Shown here: positions 13,753 to 29,056 of the stretch, piece after piece
Numbering within the stretch: position 1 is the stretch's first letter
How the letters are laid out: each line of letters begins with the position of its first letter
Assembly (NCBI GenBank): GCA_038087875.1
Contig: CM075996.1
Location: 7,814,001 to 7,878,000, forward strand
From: Malacoraja senta
Lineage: Eukaryota
Length of the DNA stretch: 64,000 bases
Reading direction: 5' to 3'
Position numbers and translations under genes: made by a program
The notes under the pieces: model-generated
Told to the model about the DNA's origin: nothing
Databases searched by the model: none
What the model saw: the letters and a program-made list of their open reading frames with translations, nothing else

Positions 13753-14469
13753 TGAGACTGTGAGAATGGCGGAGCAGACCCGATGGGGCAAAAGCCTAAT
13801 TGTTGCCTTATGGTCTAACCTACTTACCGATGGCCAGTTTGGTCCATGGTCGAAACATGAACCGTAGAGCTGAATGCGTTTGTACCTCAGTATACGTGAC
13901 ACTAGACTAAACAGTCCAGGGTTGGGATCAGACCTTGCACACAGGAACATGGTTGTTGATGGTGAGTCATCCCAACCTCAACATGTCACTGTGCCAACCA
14001 TCTTCTGCTTACTTCATCAATGATCTTCCACCTTGAGGTCTGAACTGGGATGTGTTCATTGAGGAACAATGTTTTTAATTTTATTTGGAATTCCTCGGCA
14101 AATATAGCAGTCATGCCTGCATGCAGCAAGACCCAGCCAATATGCATGGGTTGATAGATGACCAGTAACCTTCGTGACCCAGGCAGTGACCAATAGGACA
14201 ACGGGAACTGTGAAAGGCCTGGATAGAGTGGATGTGGAGAGGATGTTTCCACTAGTGGGAGAGACTGGGACTAGTCTCGGAGTACTCAAGGAGGTGGCCC
14301 TAGAAATTGTGGATGCATTGGTGATCATTTTCCAATATTCTCTCGACTCTAGATCAGTTCCTGTAGACTGGAGGGTAGCCAGCCAATGTAACTGCAATTG
14401 TTAAGAAAGGAAGGAGAGAGAAAACGTGGAATTATAGACTAGTTAGCCTTATATCGGTAGCAGTCGAGT

Positions 14470-15006
14470 ATTAAATTTGGTCTCCTAATTTGAGGAAGGA
14501 CATTCTTGCTATTGAGGGAGTGCAACGTAGGTTCACCAGGTTAATTCCTGGGATGGCGGGACTGACATATGATGAAGGAATGGGTCGACTGAGCTTGTAT
14601 TCGCTGGAATTCAGAAGGATGAGAGGAGATCTTATAGAAACATAAAATTCTTAGATGATTGGATAGGGTAGATGCAGGAAAAACGTTCCACATGTTGGGG
14701 GAGACCAGAACCAGGGGTCACAGTTTAAGAATAAGGAGTAGGCCATTTAGGACTGAGATGAGGAAAAATATTTTCACCCAGAGAGTTGTGCATCTGTGGA
14801 ATTCTCTGCCAGAGAAGGCAGTGGAGGCCAATTCACTGGATGTTTTCAAGAGAGAGTTAGATTTAGCTCTTCGGGCTAACGGAATCAAGGGATATGGGGA
14901 GAAAGCAGGAACGGGGTACTGATTTTGGATGATCAGCCATGATCATATTGAATGGCGGTGCTGGCTCGAGGGGCAGAATGGCCTACTCCTGCACCTATTT
15001 TCTATA
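14470..15006 (+). mobile_element. CR1 LINE 3' fragment
   Basis: CR1 ORF2 C-terminal motifs and 3' UTR. Confidence 0.9.
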
Positions 15007-15921
15007 TTTACGCAGTGGTTGCAGTGTGTGGCCAGTTACAAACATAGAAACATAGAGAATAGGTGCAGGAGTAGGCCATTCGGCCCTTCAAGCCCGCACC
15101 GCCATTCGATGTGATCGTGGCTGATCATCCCCAATCAGTACCCCGTCCCTGCCTTCTCCCCATATCCCTTGATTCCGCTGTACAAACGCACCAGGTACTC
15201 ACCCAGGCTACTCTGACGGCACGTCCTGAGCCACGGACCTCTCCGACCAAGGAGGTCAAGGACAGCACCACCCGCAGATCACCCTCCTAGCAGCACCACC
15301 ATCCTGACTCGGAAAGATATCGCCAACCTTTCTTCGTTGCTGGGTCTACACCCGGAATTCCATCCTCAACAAGGCTGAGGTGGTTCAAGATGGCAGATCT
15401 TCACAAGGGCATTTGTCGATGGGTGGCAAATGATGCCCACATCTTGCCCCTGATGCCCACATCTCGAAAGTGTAAAACACACACAGTACCTGACTCTGCG
15501 TACACACAGACCAGGTACACAACAGAATACCTGATTCTGTGTACACATCATACTCAGTAACTGATTTTGTGAACATCTGCGCACACACACAGATGTGGAG
15601 GAAGGAACTGCAGGTGAAGATAGACGCAAAATGCTGGAGTAACCCAGCGGGACAGGCAGCATCTCTGGAGAAAAGGAATGGGTGACGTTTCGGGTCGAGA
15701 CCCTGCTTCAGCCTGAAGAAGGGTCTCGACTCGAAAAGTCACTCATTCGTTCTCTCCAGAGATGCTGCCTGTCCCGCTGAGTTACTCCAGCATTTTGTGT
15801 CTATGTACACACACAGGTACACACACACACACACACACACTGAATGCGTGTACATCTGTATACAGACACACACACACACAGACATTCACACACAATCTGA
15901 ATGTACCAAGGTTTACACAGA

Positions 15922-16379
15922 GGGACCAGTGGAGCGTCCCTCGTAGCCAGGGTCCGGAGGGCAAGGAGCACCGCCACCCCACCCAGGGTCCGTAGAGGGA
16001 GGAGCGGCTCTGCTGTCAGCGACCGGAGGGCTGGTGATGGGATCTAGGGAGTGGGCAGGGCTGAGGATGTCCTGGTTGGGTTGCACCTAGGCCTGGCCAA
16101 GCTGGCCATCCGTGAGTCACAGCGCCAGCCGGAAGAGGGCTTTGCCCGAGCCGGATGCCTGCCCCTTTACCAGGGTTACGTCTGCGTCCGGGTGGTGTTA
16201 GAGAGGGGCATAGTCGCACAGTAGTTATTTGGTATATTTGTAAGGATTGGAACATAGTTGTTTGGAAATTTAGTGTGTGAATAATTTGGCGTTTTTGTAA
16301 TATGGTGGTGGGTGTGTCACCACGGATTTGTTTTGTATCGTGATAGTAATTAAATAAATTATTTTTAACACATAAAAAA
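15922..16379 (+). mobile_element. 5'-truncated L1/Tx1-like retrotransposon 3' end
   Basis: 14-bp TSD AAGGTTTACACAGA (15908-15921 and 16380-16393), AATAAA and an A-tail. Degenerate GCLPLYQGYVCVRVVLER segment resembles Tx1 ORF2 C-termini. Confidence 0.75.
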
Positions 16380-16776
16380 AAGGTTTACACAGACCCTCAA
16401 TGACCATAGTCCACAGTATCTGATGACCCACACGCACCAGTCCCCCCCCTGGACTCCATACAACATTTTGTGTCCAATTCCCACATCCTCACTACCTGAA
16501 GGTCCGACCAAGTTCAAGTTCAAGTTCAAGTTATTGCCACATCCACCAATTGGTACAGTGAGATTTGAGTTACCATACAGCCATACAAATTTAAAAAAAT
16601 ACAACACACGATAGAATTTAACATAAACATCCCCAAACAGCGGAATCAACGTTTCCCACTGTGAGGGAAGGCAATAAAGTTCAGTCATCTTCCACATTGT
16701 TCACCCGTGGTCGGGACCTTTGAGCCCTCTCCAGTCGCCTGATGTACAGGCCCTCTCGCCACATAAAAAAGACTAA

Positions 16777-17001
16777 AGGGCCTGTCCCACTTGGCCGTCA
16801 TTTGCGCGTCACGCAGATGGCGTGCGAAGATTTTGTACATCACAAAATCCCGCAACGCCGCGCGTGGCCGCGCGTCACTGCCCATGTCATCGTGCACCAT
16901 GCGCATCATGTGCGTGTCATGATGCGTGCGTCCATGCGTCGTGGCGCGTAAATGATGTAGCGTAAATTACGCATAAAAGACAGCCAAGTGGGACAGGCCC
17001 T
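16777..17001. mobile_element. PIF/Harbinger-type MITE
   Basis: TIR AGGGCCTGTCCCACTTGG...CCAAGTGGGACAGGCCCT, TAA TSD. Confidence 0.88.
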
Positions 17002-17979
17002 TAAGAAACCTCCAAAAACATACTTTTTAGACAGACTAAAAACAACCAAAAGGGTGAAAGGACGAACAAACTGCTGGCGAGGCTGCCGCAATACAATACA
17101 GTACAACAGCTGATTGTACGTACACAAGTCCAGTGCAGCCTTCTACACTCTCTCAGGCTCAAGCAAGCTGGGATCTAGTTGGATGGAGCTGTAAAGAAAG
17201 CCATCAGTGCACTTCAAGGCAGGTCTAAGCTTGATGTGGAATGCTCACCAGATAACAAGAACAGTTTTCGACTCCGCCAGCTGATGGTACAAGACAACAG
17301 CTGTGATTAACCCTCCCCCTGCACTAAATATTTTTACATCCCCATTATAATTAAGTTAACAACTCCACACTCTCATTAAGCAACAGGATTAAGTATTCAG
17401 GATAGAGGAGGACAGATAAATGATCACTGCTTTGGAGAAGGTAGACAAAAATGCTGGAGAAACTCAGCGGGTGAGGCAGCATCCATGGAGCGAAGGAAAT
17501 AGGCAACGTTTCAGGTCGAGACCTTCTTCAGGGTCAATTCTTCAGGCATCAGTGAGATCAATGCAGAGACCAATGATGTCAAACTCTCAGTGAATCAGTT
17601 CACTATTCTAAAATATTCCTCCCTGTAAACTTCATCTTTTACAAATATGAGGCCTTTGATTTAAAAGGGGAAGCGACCGTCTATGCTTGTTGTCACATGG
17701 CAATTATATTCACCTACCAAGAGAGTATAATTACAGCACAATATTTCAAGAGTCAACAGTGTTTTATTGTCAAATGTCCCGGATAGAACAATAAAATTCT
17801 TTCTTGCAGCAGCACAACAGAATATGTAAACATAGTACACTGCAAACAAAGTCAAAGTCAAAGTCAATTTTACTCGTCACATGAAATGAATTTGCTATAT
17901 ATAACAATATGATAAACGAGAAAGAAAAGTTCAGTGTGTGTATATGTACACGCACTCACATATATACACACATATATAG

Positions 17980-18190
17980 GAGGTAGACAAAAATGCTGGA
18001 GAAACTCAGCGGTTGAGGCAGCATCTATGGAGTGAAGGAATAGGTGACGTTTCGGGTCGAGACCCTTCTTCAGACCCGACCCGAAACGTCACCTATTCCT
18101 TCGCTCCATAGATGCTGCCTCACCCGCTGAGTTTCTCCAGCATTTTTGTCTACCTTCGATTTTTCCAGCATCTGCAGTTCTTTCTTAAAC
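17980..18190. repeat. Penelope-derived fold-back (palindromic) short element, representative copy
   Basis: Arm AGGTAGACAAAAATGCTGGAG...GACGTTTCGGGTCG is inverted against CGACCCGAAACGTC...CTCCAGCATTTTTGTCTACCT. Similar elements at about 480-690, 9320-9520, 10770-10927, 15595-15802, 22590-22800, 31836-32020, 35822-36055, 37330-37545, 48376-48615 and 58466-58650. Confidence 0.85.
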
Positions 18191-18192
18191 AT

Positions 18193-18661
<469 letters not shown>

Positions 18662-20460
18662 CGTGGATACGTGGATAGTTTCTTCCAAATGTGACTGGAA
18701 TAAATAATAAATAAGACTATTAAGGATTTGGACACACTAGAGGCAGGAAACATGTTCCCGATGTTGGGGGAGTCCAGAACCAGGGGCCACAGTTAAAAAA
18801 TAAGTGCAGGAGTAGGCCATTCGGCCCTTCGAGCCAGCACGCCATTCAATGTGATCATGGCTGATCATCCCAATCAGTACCCCGTACCTGCCTTCTCCCC
18901 ATATCCCCTGACTCCGCTATTTTTAAGAGCCCTATCTAGCTCTCTCTTGAAAGTATCCAGAGAACCGGCCTCCACCGCCCTCTGAGGCAGAGAATTCCAC
19001 AGACTCACAACTCTCTCTGTGAGAAAAGTGTTTCCTCATCTCCTTTCTAAATGGCTTACCCCTTATTCTTAAACTGTGCTGTATGAATCTAACAGTCAGC
19101 TGTGCTTCCTGTCCTGGTTTAGGATAGAAAAATTCTGAAATAGCATGTCTCCACAATGTGCATGAGACTGTGCAGGGTGTTAATTGAGAATGGGTTGTGG
19201 TGCGAGGGATTCTCTACAATGGAAAAATCCAAGGGATGAGAGGTGACTTGTGGGATGCATCATGGGCCCATCTTGGTCATGGACTTGAAGGAAGCTGCAA
19301 CATGAGAGAGGTTTTGTAAAGATGTTGAATGGTAACATGATAGCAGTGTTGGACAATCCAGCTCACCCCTCCATGACACACACTGGTCAACCTGAGGAGC
19401 ACCTTCAGCAACAGACTGGTTCCACCAAGATGCAGCACAGAACGCCACAGGAGATCCTTCTTCCCTGTGGCTATCAAACTGTACAACTCCTCCCCCTTCT
19501 GTCGTGGGGTAGACTGAGACTGACTCCCCCCTCCCTTCCCCCCAAATCTTTGCACAACCCCAATCCTTTCCACTTCACTTTAATTTCATGTTTGATGTAT
19601 CTTGTGTTTTATGACTGACGGCAGATCAGTTTCCCTCCTGGGATAAATAAAGTTCTATCGTATCGTGTATTCAACAGATGTATACTCCAGAGGGGTCAGA
19701 GTTGCAAACTATGCAAGAAAGATGAAGGGGAAGAATAAGCAGCATTCCTAACTTTTAGGGCTTGAAAAACGTGGACTGAGGATGAGGATTTACCACAGCT
19801 TTCTAAATGAAGATATACTCAGTGGGTCGGGCAGCGTATCTGGAGACCATAGCTAGGCGACGTTTCTGGTCGGGACCCTTCTTCAGGCTGATTGTAGTTT
19901 TGGGGGGGGTGGAGAAAACTGGAAGATAGGAGGGGCAGGACAAAGCCTGGCCGGTGATAGGTAGATACGGGTGAAGAGGTTTTGATAGGACAGAGTTGAA
20001 AAGACGGAAGGTGTGAGATAAGAATAGAAGAGGTGGGAATTGTGAAGCCAGAGGAAAGGAAGGGGAGATATGGGTGTGAGTCGAGGAGGGGACTGGGAAG
20101 GAAGGATGTGTTGTTTGAGGGTTAGTTACCTAAAATTGGGGAATGCAATGTTCATACTGTTGGATTGTAAGCTACCCAAACGAAATATGAGGTGCTGTTC
20201 CTCCAGTTCGCATGCGGCCTCACTCTGGCAATGGAGGAGGTCCTGGTTCGCTACCCTCATTGTATCTTCAATGCAACACATTCTCTCTTGTGCATTAAAT
20301 CCACTCCCGTTTTCTCCTTAAACAATATGTCTGTGAAGTGTCCGTGAGGTTGTTACACAGGGCTCCGTCCCTCAGGGGCCAGTGCTTCAGGACCTTAGAC
20401 TGCGGCCTTTCCACATAGACCCTCTGTGGTGCGTCCCTCAGCACGTAATCCTGCATCCTG

Positions 20461-21527
20461 CAAAGAGTAGGAGTGAACGGGTCCTTTTCAGAATGGCAGG
20501 CAGTGGCGAGTGGAGTGCCGCAAGGCTCGGTGTTGGGGCCGCAACTGTTTACCATATATATTAATGATTTGGAAGAGGGAATTAGGAGCAACACTCGCAA
20601 GTTTGCGGATGACACAAAGCTGGGCGGCAGTGTGAACTGTGAAGAGGATGTTACGAGGTTGCAGGGTGACCTGGACAGGTTGAGTGAGTGGGCAGATGCG
20701 TGGCAGATGCAGTATAATATAGATAAATGTGAGGTTATCACTTTGGTGGCAAAAACAAGGGGGCAGATTATTATCTCAATGGGGTTAGGTTAGGCAAGGG
20801 GGAGGTGCAGCGAGACCCGGGCGTCCTTGTACACCAGTCACTGAAAGTTGGCGTGCAGGTACAGCAGGCAGTGAAGAAAGCTAATGGAATGTTGGCCTTC
20901 ATAACAAGAGGATTTCAGTATAGGAGCAGAGAGGTTCTTCTGCAGTTGTATAGGGCTCTGGTAAGACCGCATCTGGAGTATTGCGTACAGTTTTGGCCTC
21001 CTAATTTGAGGAACGACATCCTTGTGAATGAGGCAGTGCAGCGTAGGTTCACGAGATTGATCCCTGGGATGGCGGGACTGTCATACGTGGAAAGATTGAA
21101 AAGACTAGGCTTGTATTCACTGGAGATTAGAAGGATGAGGGGGATCTTATAGAAATATAAAATTATAAAAGGACTGGAATAGCTAGATGCACGAAAAATG
21201 TTCCCAATGTTGGGCGAGTCCAGAACCAGGGGCCACAGTCTTAGAATAAAGGGAGGCCATTTAAGACTGAGGTGAGAAGAAACTTTTTCACCCAGAGAGT
21301 TGTGAATTTGTGGAATTCCCTGCCACAGAGGGCAGTGGAGGCCAAAACACTGGATGGATTTAAGAGAGAGTTAGATAGAGCTCTAGGGGCTAGTGGAATC
21401 AAGGGATATGGGGAGAAGGCAGGCACGGGTTATTGATTGGGGACGATCAGCCATGATCGCCATGATGATCAGCCATGGCTCGAAGGGCCGAATGGCCTCC
21501 TCCTGCACCTATTTTCTATGTTTCTAT
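20461..21527 (+). mobile_element. CR1 LINE 3' fragment (RT domain to 3' tail)
   Basis: SGVPQGSVLGPQLF..YINDL..KFADDTKL and LVRPHLEYCVQFW with frameshifts. (TTTCTATG)n tail. Confidence 0.95.
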
Positions 21528-22796
21528 CTTTGAAGCTCTTTAGAGTATCTTTAAACAAACTTAAACTATTTACAGAAACAATTCCATTTGAATTGTAACA
21601 CAGAAAATGTTACTGTATTAAAGGAAGTATAAAATTGCAAATTGTCGTCCAACCACAAACTATTCAAGTTTAGAGACACAGCACTGACATAGGCCCTTCG
21701 GCCCACCGAGTCCATGCTGACTAGTTTGATGTTATCCCACTTTCTCACTCCCTACACACTACGGACAATTTACAGAGGGCCAGTCAGCCTACAAACCCGC
21801 ACGTCTTTGGGATGTGGGTGGAAACTGGAGCACACCAGAGGACACTGCGTCACTGTGTCACACTAATAATCAAGATCTTAACAGCTATCTCCTTTTAAAA
21901 ATAATTGAATCTCCTAGTATATTTTTGCCGAATTCTTAAATCAACCTTTGTGAACTATCGTCCATTCCGCCCACAGAACCGATTGCTCCTTCATTACTCT
22001 GCCAAGCTCTTAAAGTCAAGAGTAGAGTCGCAGAAACACGTTCAAGAACAAGGAGATGCAGTGCAGCTTTGATCAGGCAATCAGGTTTTGTTATCTGTAG
22101 TTTCACGGATCAATGTACCCTCATACCTCCTTGGTTCAAATTTCATTGGAATGTCTGCTGCTCATTGACCCCATCATGAAGCTGGGCCAGACCCCGGGTT
22201 AAGTTTGTCCAGAATTAAATGACCTTTGAAAAGGTCTTCACCAATGCACCTTGTCTGCACTTTGACCTCTGGTTGCTAGGCAGCAGGATCACCATCGCTA
22301 CAATTCAAATTGAAAGTCACCAGCCTGTGGCCCTGAAATTAAATTAATCCAATAAAGTATTTCACATTACATTTTAATCTGTGTAAAGTACAGCTAAAAG
22401 CAGAAAGTTCACCCTGAGTGCGGCTTTAGGGAAAACTGCAACAAGAGGGGCTAAGGACTGTGATTTCTGCACCATGTTGCTATCCGCAGACTTGAGCTAC
22501 ACAGACTGTTATTGTTGTTATTGCACTATTATTCTTTGTTTCTTGTGTGTACATATGTGAGTGTGTGTGTGTGTGTGTATATATATTATACACAAAATGC
22601 TGGAGTAACGCAGCGGGACAGGCAGCATCTCTGGAGAGAAGGAATGGGTGACGTTTCGGATCACGGCCCTTCTTCAGCCTTCCTTCTCCCCAGAGATTCC
22701 TTCTCTCATTCCTTCTCTCCAGAGATGCTACCCATCCCGCTGGGTTACTCCAGCTTTTTATATCTATCTTCGGTTTAAACCAGCATCTGCAGTTCC

Positions 22797-25181
<2,385 letters not shown>

Positions 25182-25973
25182 GGAACCCACTGACTGACAT
25201 CCATTACAAACCCATTGACTCTCACAGCTAGCTAGACTACACTTCTTCATTATGTATATACTATATATATGTATATGTGAGTATGTGTATATAAACATAC
25301 ACACTGAACAGTTTTTTCTTGTTTATTATATTGTTTACAGTGTACTATGTTTACATATTCTGTTGTGCTGCTGCTAATGTTCTATCTGAGATATATGACA
25401 ATAAAACACTCTCTCTTGAACTGATGGGGCCAACAATTACAGAACTAGTGCTGCATTTGGCACTAATGAATGTAGAGATGCTGAACATGTCAGAAAAGTT
25501 TTTATTTAAGAAGGAACTGCAGATGCTGGAAAATCGAAGGTAGACAAAAGTGCTGGAGAAACTCAGCGGGTGAGCAGCATCTATGGAGCGAAGGAAATAG
25601 GTAACGTTTCGGGTCGAAACCCTTCTTCAGACTGATGTGAGGATGGGGGAGGGGGGGGGCGGGAGGGAAGAAAGGAAGAGGTGGAGCCAGAGGGCTGAGG
25701 GAGAGCTGAGAAGGGGAGGAGAAAGTAAGGGCTACCTGAAATTAGAGTAGTCAGTGTTCATTTTTGCACTGTTCTTGATTTTGTGAATGTGTAGGAAGGA
25801 ACTGCAGATGCTGCTTTACATCGAAGGGAGACACAAAAAGCTGGAGTAACTCAGCGGGACAGGCGGCATCTCTGGAGAGAAGGAATGTATGTTTTTTATT
25901 CTGAATACAGATCTTTCCCGACGTAAGCAATGATGACTTGCATAAACTTGCACTTGCCTAAACAATTCTGTAC

Positions 25974-27154
25974 CTACAACTGAAATATAATTTGAAAAAT
26001 AATCAATATTTTAAATATCTACAAATCTGTGACTATTTGAAAACACACACAAAAGATTATTATAATATGCCTTCCGACTTACTAGATGAAGCAATGAAGA
26101 CAAAGGCGGAATCAGTTAATTTAATATCATACTTATATAATATCATCTTAAACATAGAAATACCCACAACAGATGGAATTAGAAGAGATTGGGAACAAGA
26201 TTTAGGTATAAAAATTTCAAAAGAGAGTTGGGATAATCATTTATTACAGGTGCATAAATGTTCGATCAACGTACGACATACGCTTATCCAATTTAAAACA
26301 TTACATAGATTATATTATTCAAAAACCAAACTAAATAAAATCTTTCCTAACGTCTCACCAATCTGTGATAAATGTATATGTCAAGAAGCTACCATAGCAC
26401 ATTCTTTTGTTTTTTGTACAAAAATCCAAAAATTCTGGTTTGAAATATTTGATATTTTTTCAAAATTAATCAAAATAAAACTGGTACCAAAACCAGAATG
26501 GATTATTTTTGGAATATCGGAAGGTATTCCTGAATTAAACGTGTATCAGAAGAATTTACTCAATTATGGGCTAATAATGGGAAAAAAGCTTATACTTAAA
26601 TTCTGGAAAAATGCGCCCACACCAACAATAAAAATGTGGACATCAAATATGTTGGAAACATTACATCTGGAAGAGATGAGATTCCTCCTAGTAGGCAAAG
26701 TAGACCAATTTCAAAAGACGTGGTCTACGTTTTTGGACCTATTACAAGCATGAGGTGCAATAGTAATTTAGAAAAATAAATAAATAAATAAAAGGTATCT
26801 GGACCTGGTAATGGGAGGTAAAACAAAAACAGACTTGGTTGGTAGTTCCTTCTCTATGAAGTATGTTATAAGAGTTATAATAGAGCGATTGTTCCTTCTT
26901 TCTTTCTCTTTCTTTTCTAGGGTCTATTTTCTAACTTTACTTCCTTCTCTAACTTCTTTTCTAAGGGGCTTTCTTTTCCCAACACTCTTTTGCACTTCAC
27001 AACCTTTGCGCACTTTCTTCACTTTTCTTACTTCTTTCTTTTTCTTTCTTAAAGTTTAAAAAAGTGAAGCGGTACAAAAAATGTATTAATATATACGTGT
27101 TGTACATTACTGTAATCTACCGTACTTCTATTAAAAAAATTATTAAAAAAAAAA
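25974..27154 (+). mobile_element. 5'-truncated L1-clade LINE (ORF2 C-terminus, 3' UTR, poly-A)
   Basis: Uninterrupted 253-aa ORF at 25992-26753 with LIQFKTLHRLY and a CDKC..ATIAHSFVFC zinc knuckle. A-tail and a 14-bp TSD AAACAATTCTGTAC (25960-25973 and 27155-27168). Confidence 0.93.
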
Positions 27155-27547
27155 AAACAATTCTGTACTCAGATCGTAGTGCAATCAAGGCAGTTTGTGA
27201 TTTCCACCACACTATATACAAACACGTTTACATCGGAAAAAAGTCGGGAATGGCGAGGGTACTTACCCAGAGAAAGTGCCCAGGACACAACTGGGACAGT
27301 TAATACCCTCAGTGAGCTACCCTCAAGCAGGGAATGGGGATGGGGATTCCGACTTAAGTAAAATCTGACTTACATAAGAGTTCACAGAACGGAGCCTTTA
27401 TGCAAGTTGATTAGTACGGGTGTCAGAGGTTATGGGGAGAAGGCAGGAGGATGGGGTTAGGAGGGAGATAGATCAGCCAATATTAATAATAATAATAATA
27501 ATAATAGATTTTATTTATATAGCGCTTTTCAGGACTCAAAGTCGCTT

Positions 27548-27664
27548 TTGAATGGGCAAACTTGATGGGCTGAATGGCCTAATTCTACTCCTATTCCTTA
27601 TGACCTTGAATGGGCAAACTTGATGGGCTGAATGGCCTAATTCTACTCCTATTCCTTATGACCT
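27548..27664 (+). repeat. 58-bp tandem duplication of a CR1 3' terminus
   Basis: TTGAATGGGCAAACTTGATGGGCTGAATGGCCTAATTCTACTCCTATTCCTTATGACC is present twice. Confidence 0.9.
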
Positions 27665-28665
27665 TAAGTCGGGGAATACTGTAAGTTTATTATTTGGAAA
27701 AAAAAAGACAATGAAAAAAATCACGAGCAGATCTTTAAAGCTTCTAGATCAACAATTTAATAATTTTCATCAAACTTTCTAATAACCTTCCCCTTCTAAC
27801 AACTGCAACCCCCTCCTGTCCCAGAAGACCCATTAGCTGGGCGGCAGGTCCAGGTATTCCAGCTCCAAGAGTAAGTTTACCATCGCCTCTCAGTTACAGA
27901 AACTTACTTTAGTTCAGATCATTTGAAGATTTGTGGTAGGAAGTGGATCATGCAAATAGACGTTAGAATGTAAAGATACAGCATGGGAAACAGGCCCTTC
28001 AGCCCATTGATTCTGTGTCGACCAGCGATCACCTCACACACTAGTTTTATCCTACACACTAGGGATAAGTTACAATTTTACAGAAACCTGTTAAATTCCA
28101 AACCTCAAGTTCAAGTTCAAGTTCCATTTATTGTCACCTACACCAATTGGTGCAGTGAGATTTGAATTACACGAATAAAATAAAATGAACACAACGCTAT
28201 AGAATTTAACATGAACATCCCCCACAGCGGAATCAACGTTTCCCACCGTGAGGGAAGGCAATAAAGTTCAGTCATCTTCCTCTTGTTCACCCGTGGTCGG
28301 GGCCTATTGAGTCCGCTACGGCAGCCCGATGTTCCCGAAAACCTGCATGTCTTTGGAGTGTGGGAGGAAACTGGTACACCCGGAGAAGATGTGCAAACTC
28401 TAATCATTCAAACAGGAGTTGTTTTAGTGTGCTAGGCTGTCGTACTTGATACTGGCTCAAAGCTCTACTCGACAGGGCAATTCTGGACATAATCACAGAG
28501 AGAAGATATTTGCAACTATGTCTACATTCCACAGAGGAAATAATGAAGGTTCATGGCCAATGAGTTCCCAGAAAGGTGGAAGTGAAGGCCACACGTTAAT
28601 CTAGGAGACAATTACTGAGGCTCTGACAGATTTTTTAAATCTCTGGTTAGATGCCAGCTGAGTAA

Positions 28666-29056
28666 AGGGCCTGTCCCACTTAGGAGACTTAAACAGTGAC
28701 CTCTGGTGACCTTGTCCGCCACCCAAGGTTTCCATGAGGTCACAGGAGGTTTTGGTCACTCTCCCTAATGGTCGAAAGTGGTTTCCGCGTGGTCGAGGCT
28801 TCATCTGGGTTGCTGCTATTTTTTCATCATGATGAAAACTGGCCTCGACTAAAAATAGGTTGCCGTTTGAAAAATCGATCATTTTTTAGTCGCAGGTCTA
28901 GTTGAAGCTGGTTTTCTTCATAGTCGGGGAAGGTTTTCAACATATGTGTGGGAGGTGGTAGGAGGTTGCAGGTCACCTCGACCGTGATTTTTTTTTGGGT
29001 GGCAGGCAAGGTCACCCAGAGGTTGCTGTTTAGGTCTCCTAAGTGGGACATGCCCT
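28666..29056. mobile_element. PIF/Harbinger-type MITE
   Basis: Same AGGGCCTGTCCCACTT termini extended into long subterminal inverted repeats, TAA TSD. Confidence 0.88.

Noticed and set aside
20290..20460. MQDYVLRDA... ORF tail
   Set aside because: It resembles a decayed Tx1-type ORF2 C-terminus fused by chance to antisense CR1, not a host exon.
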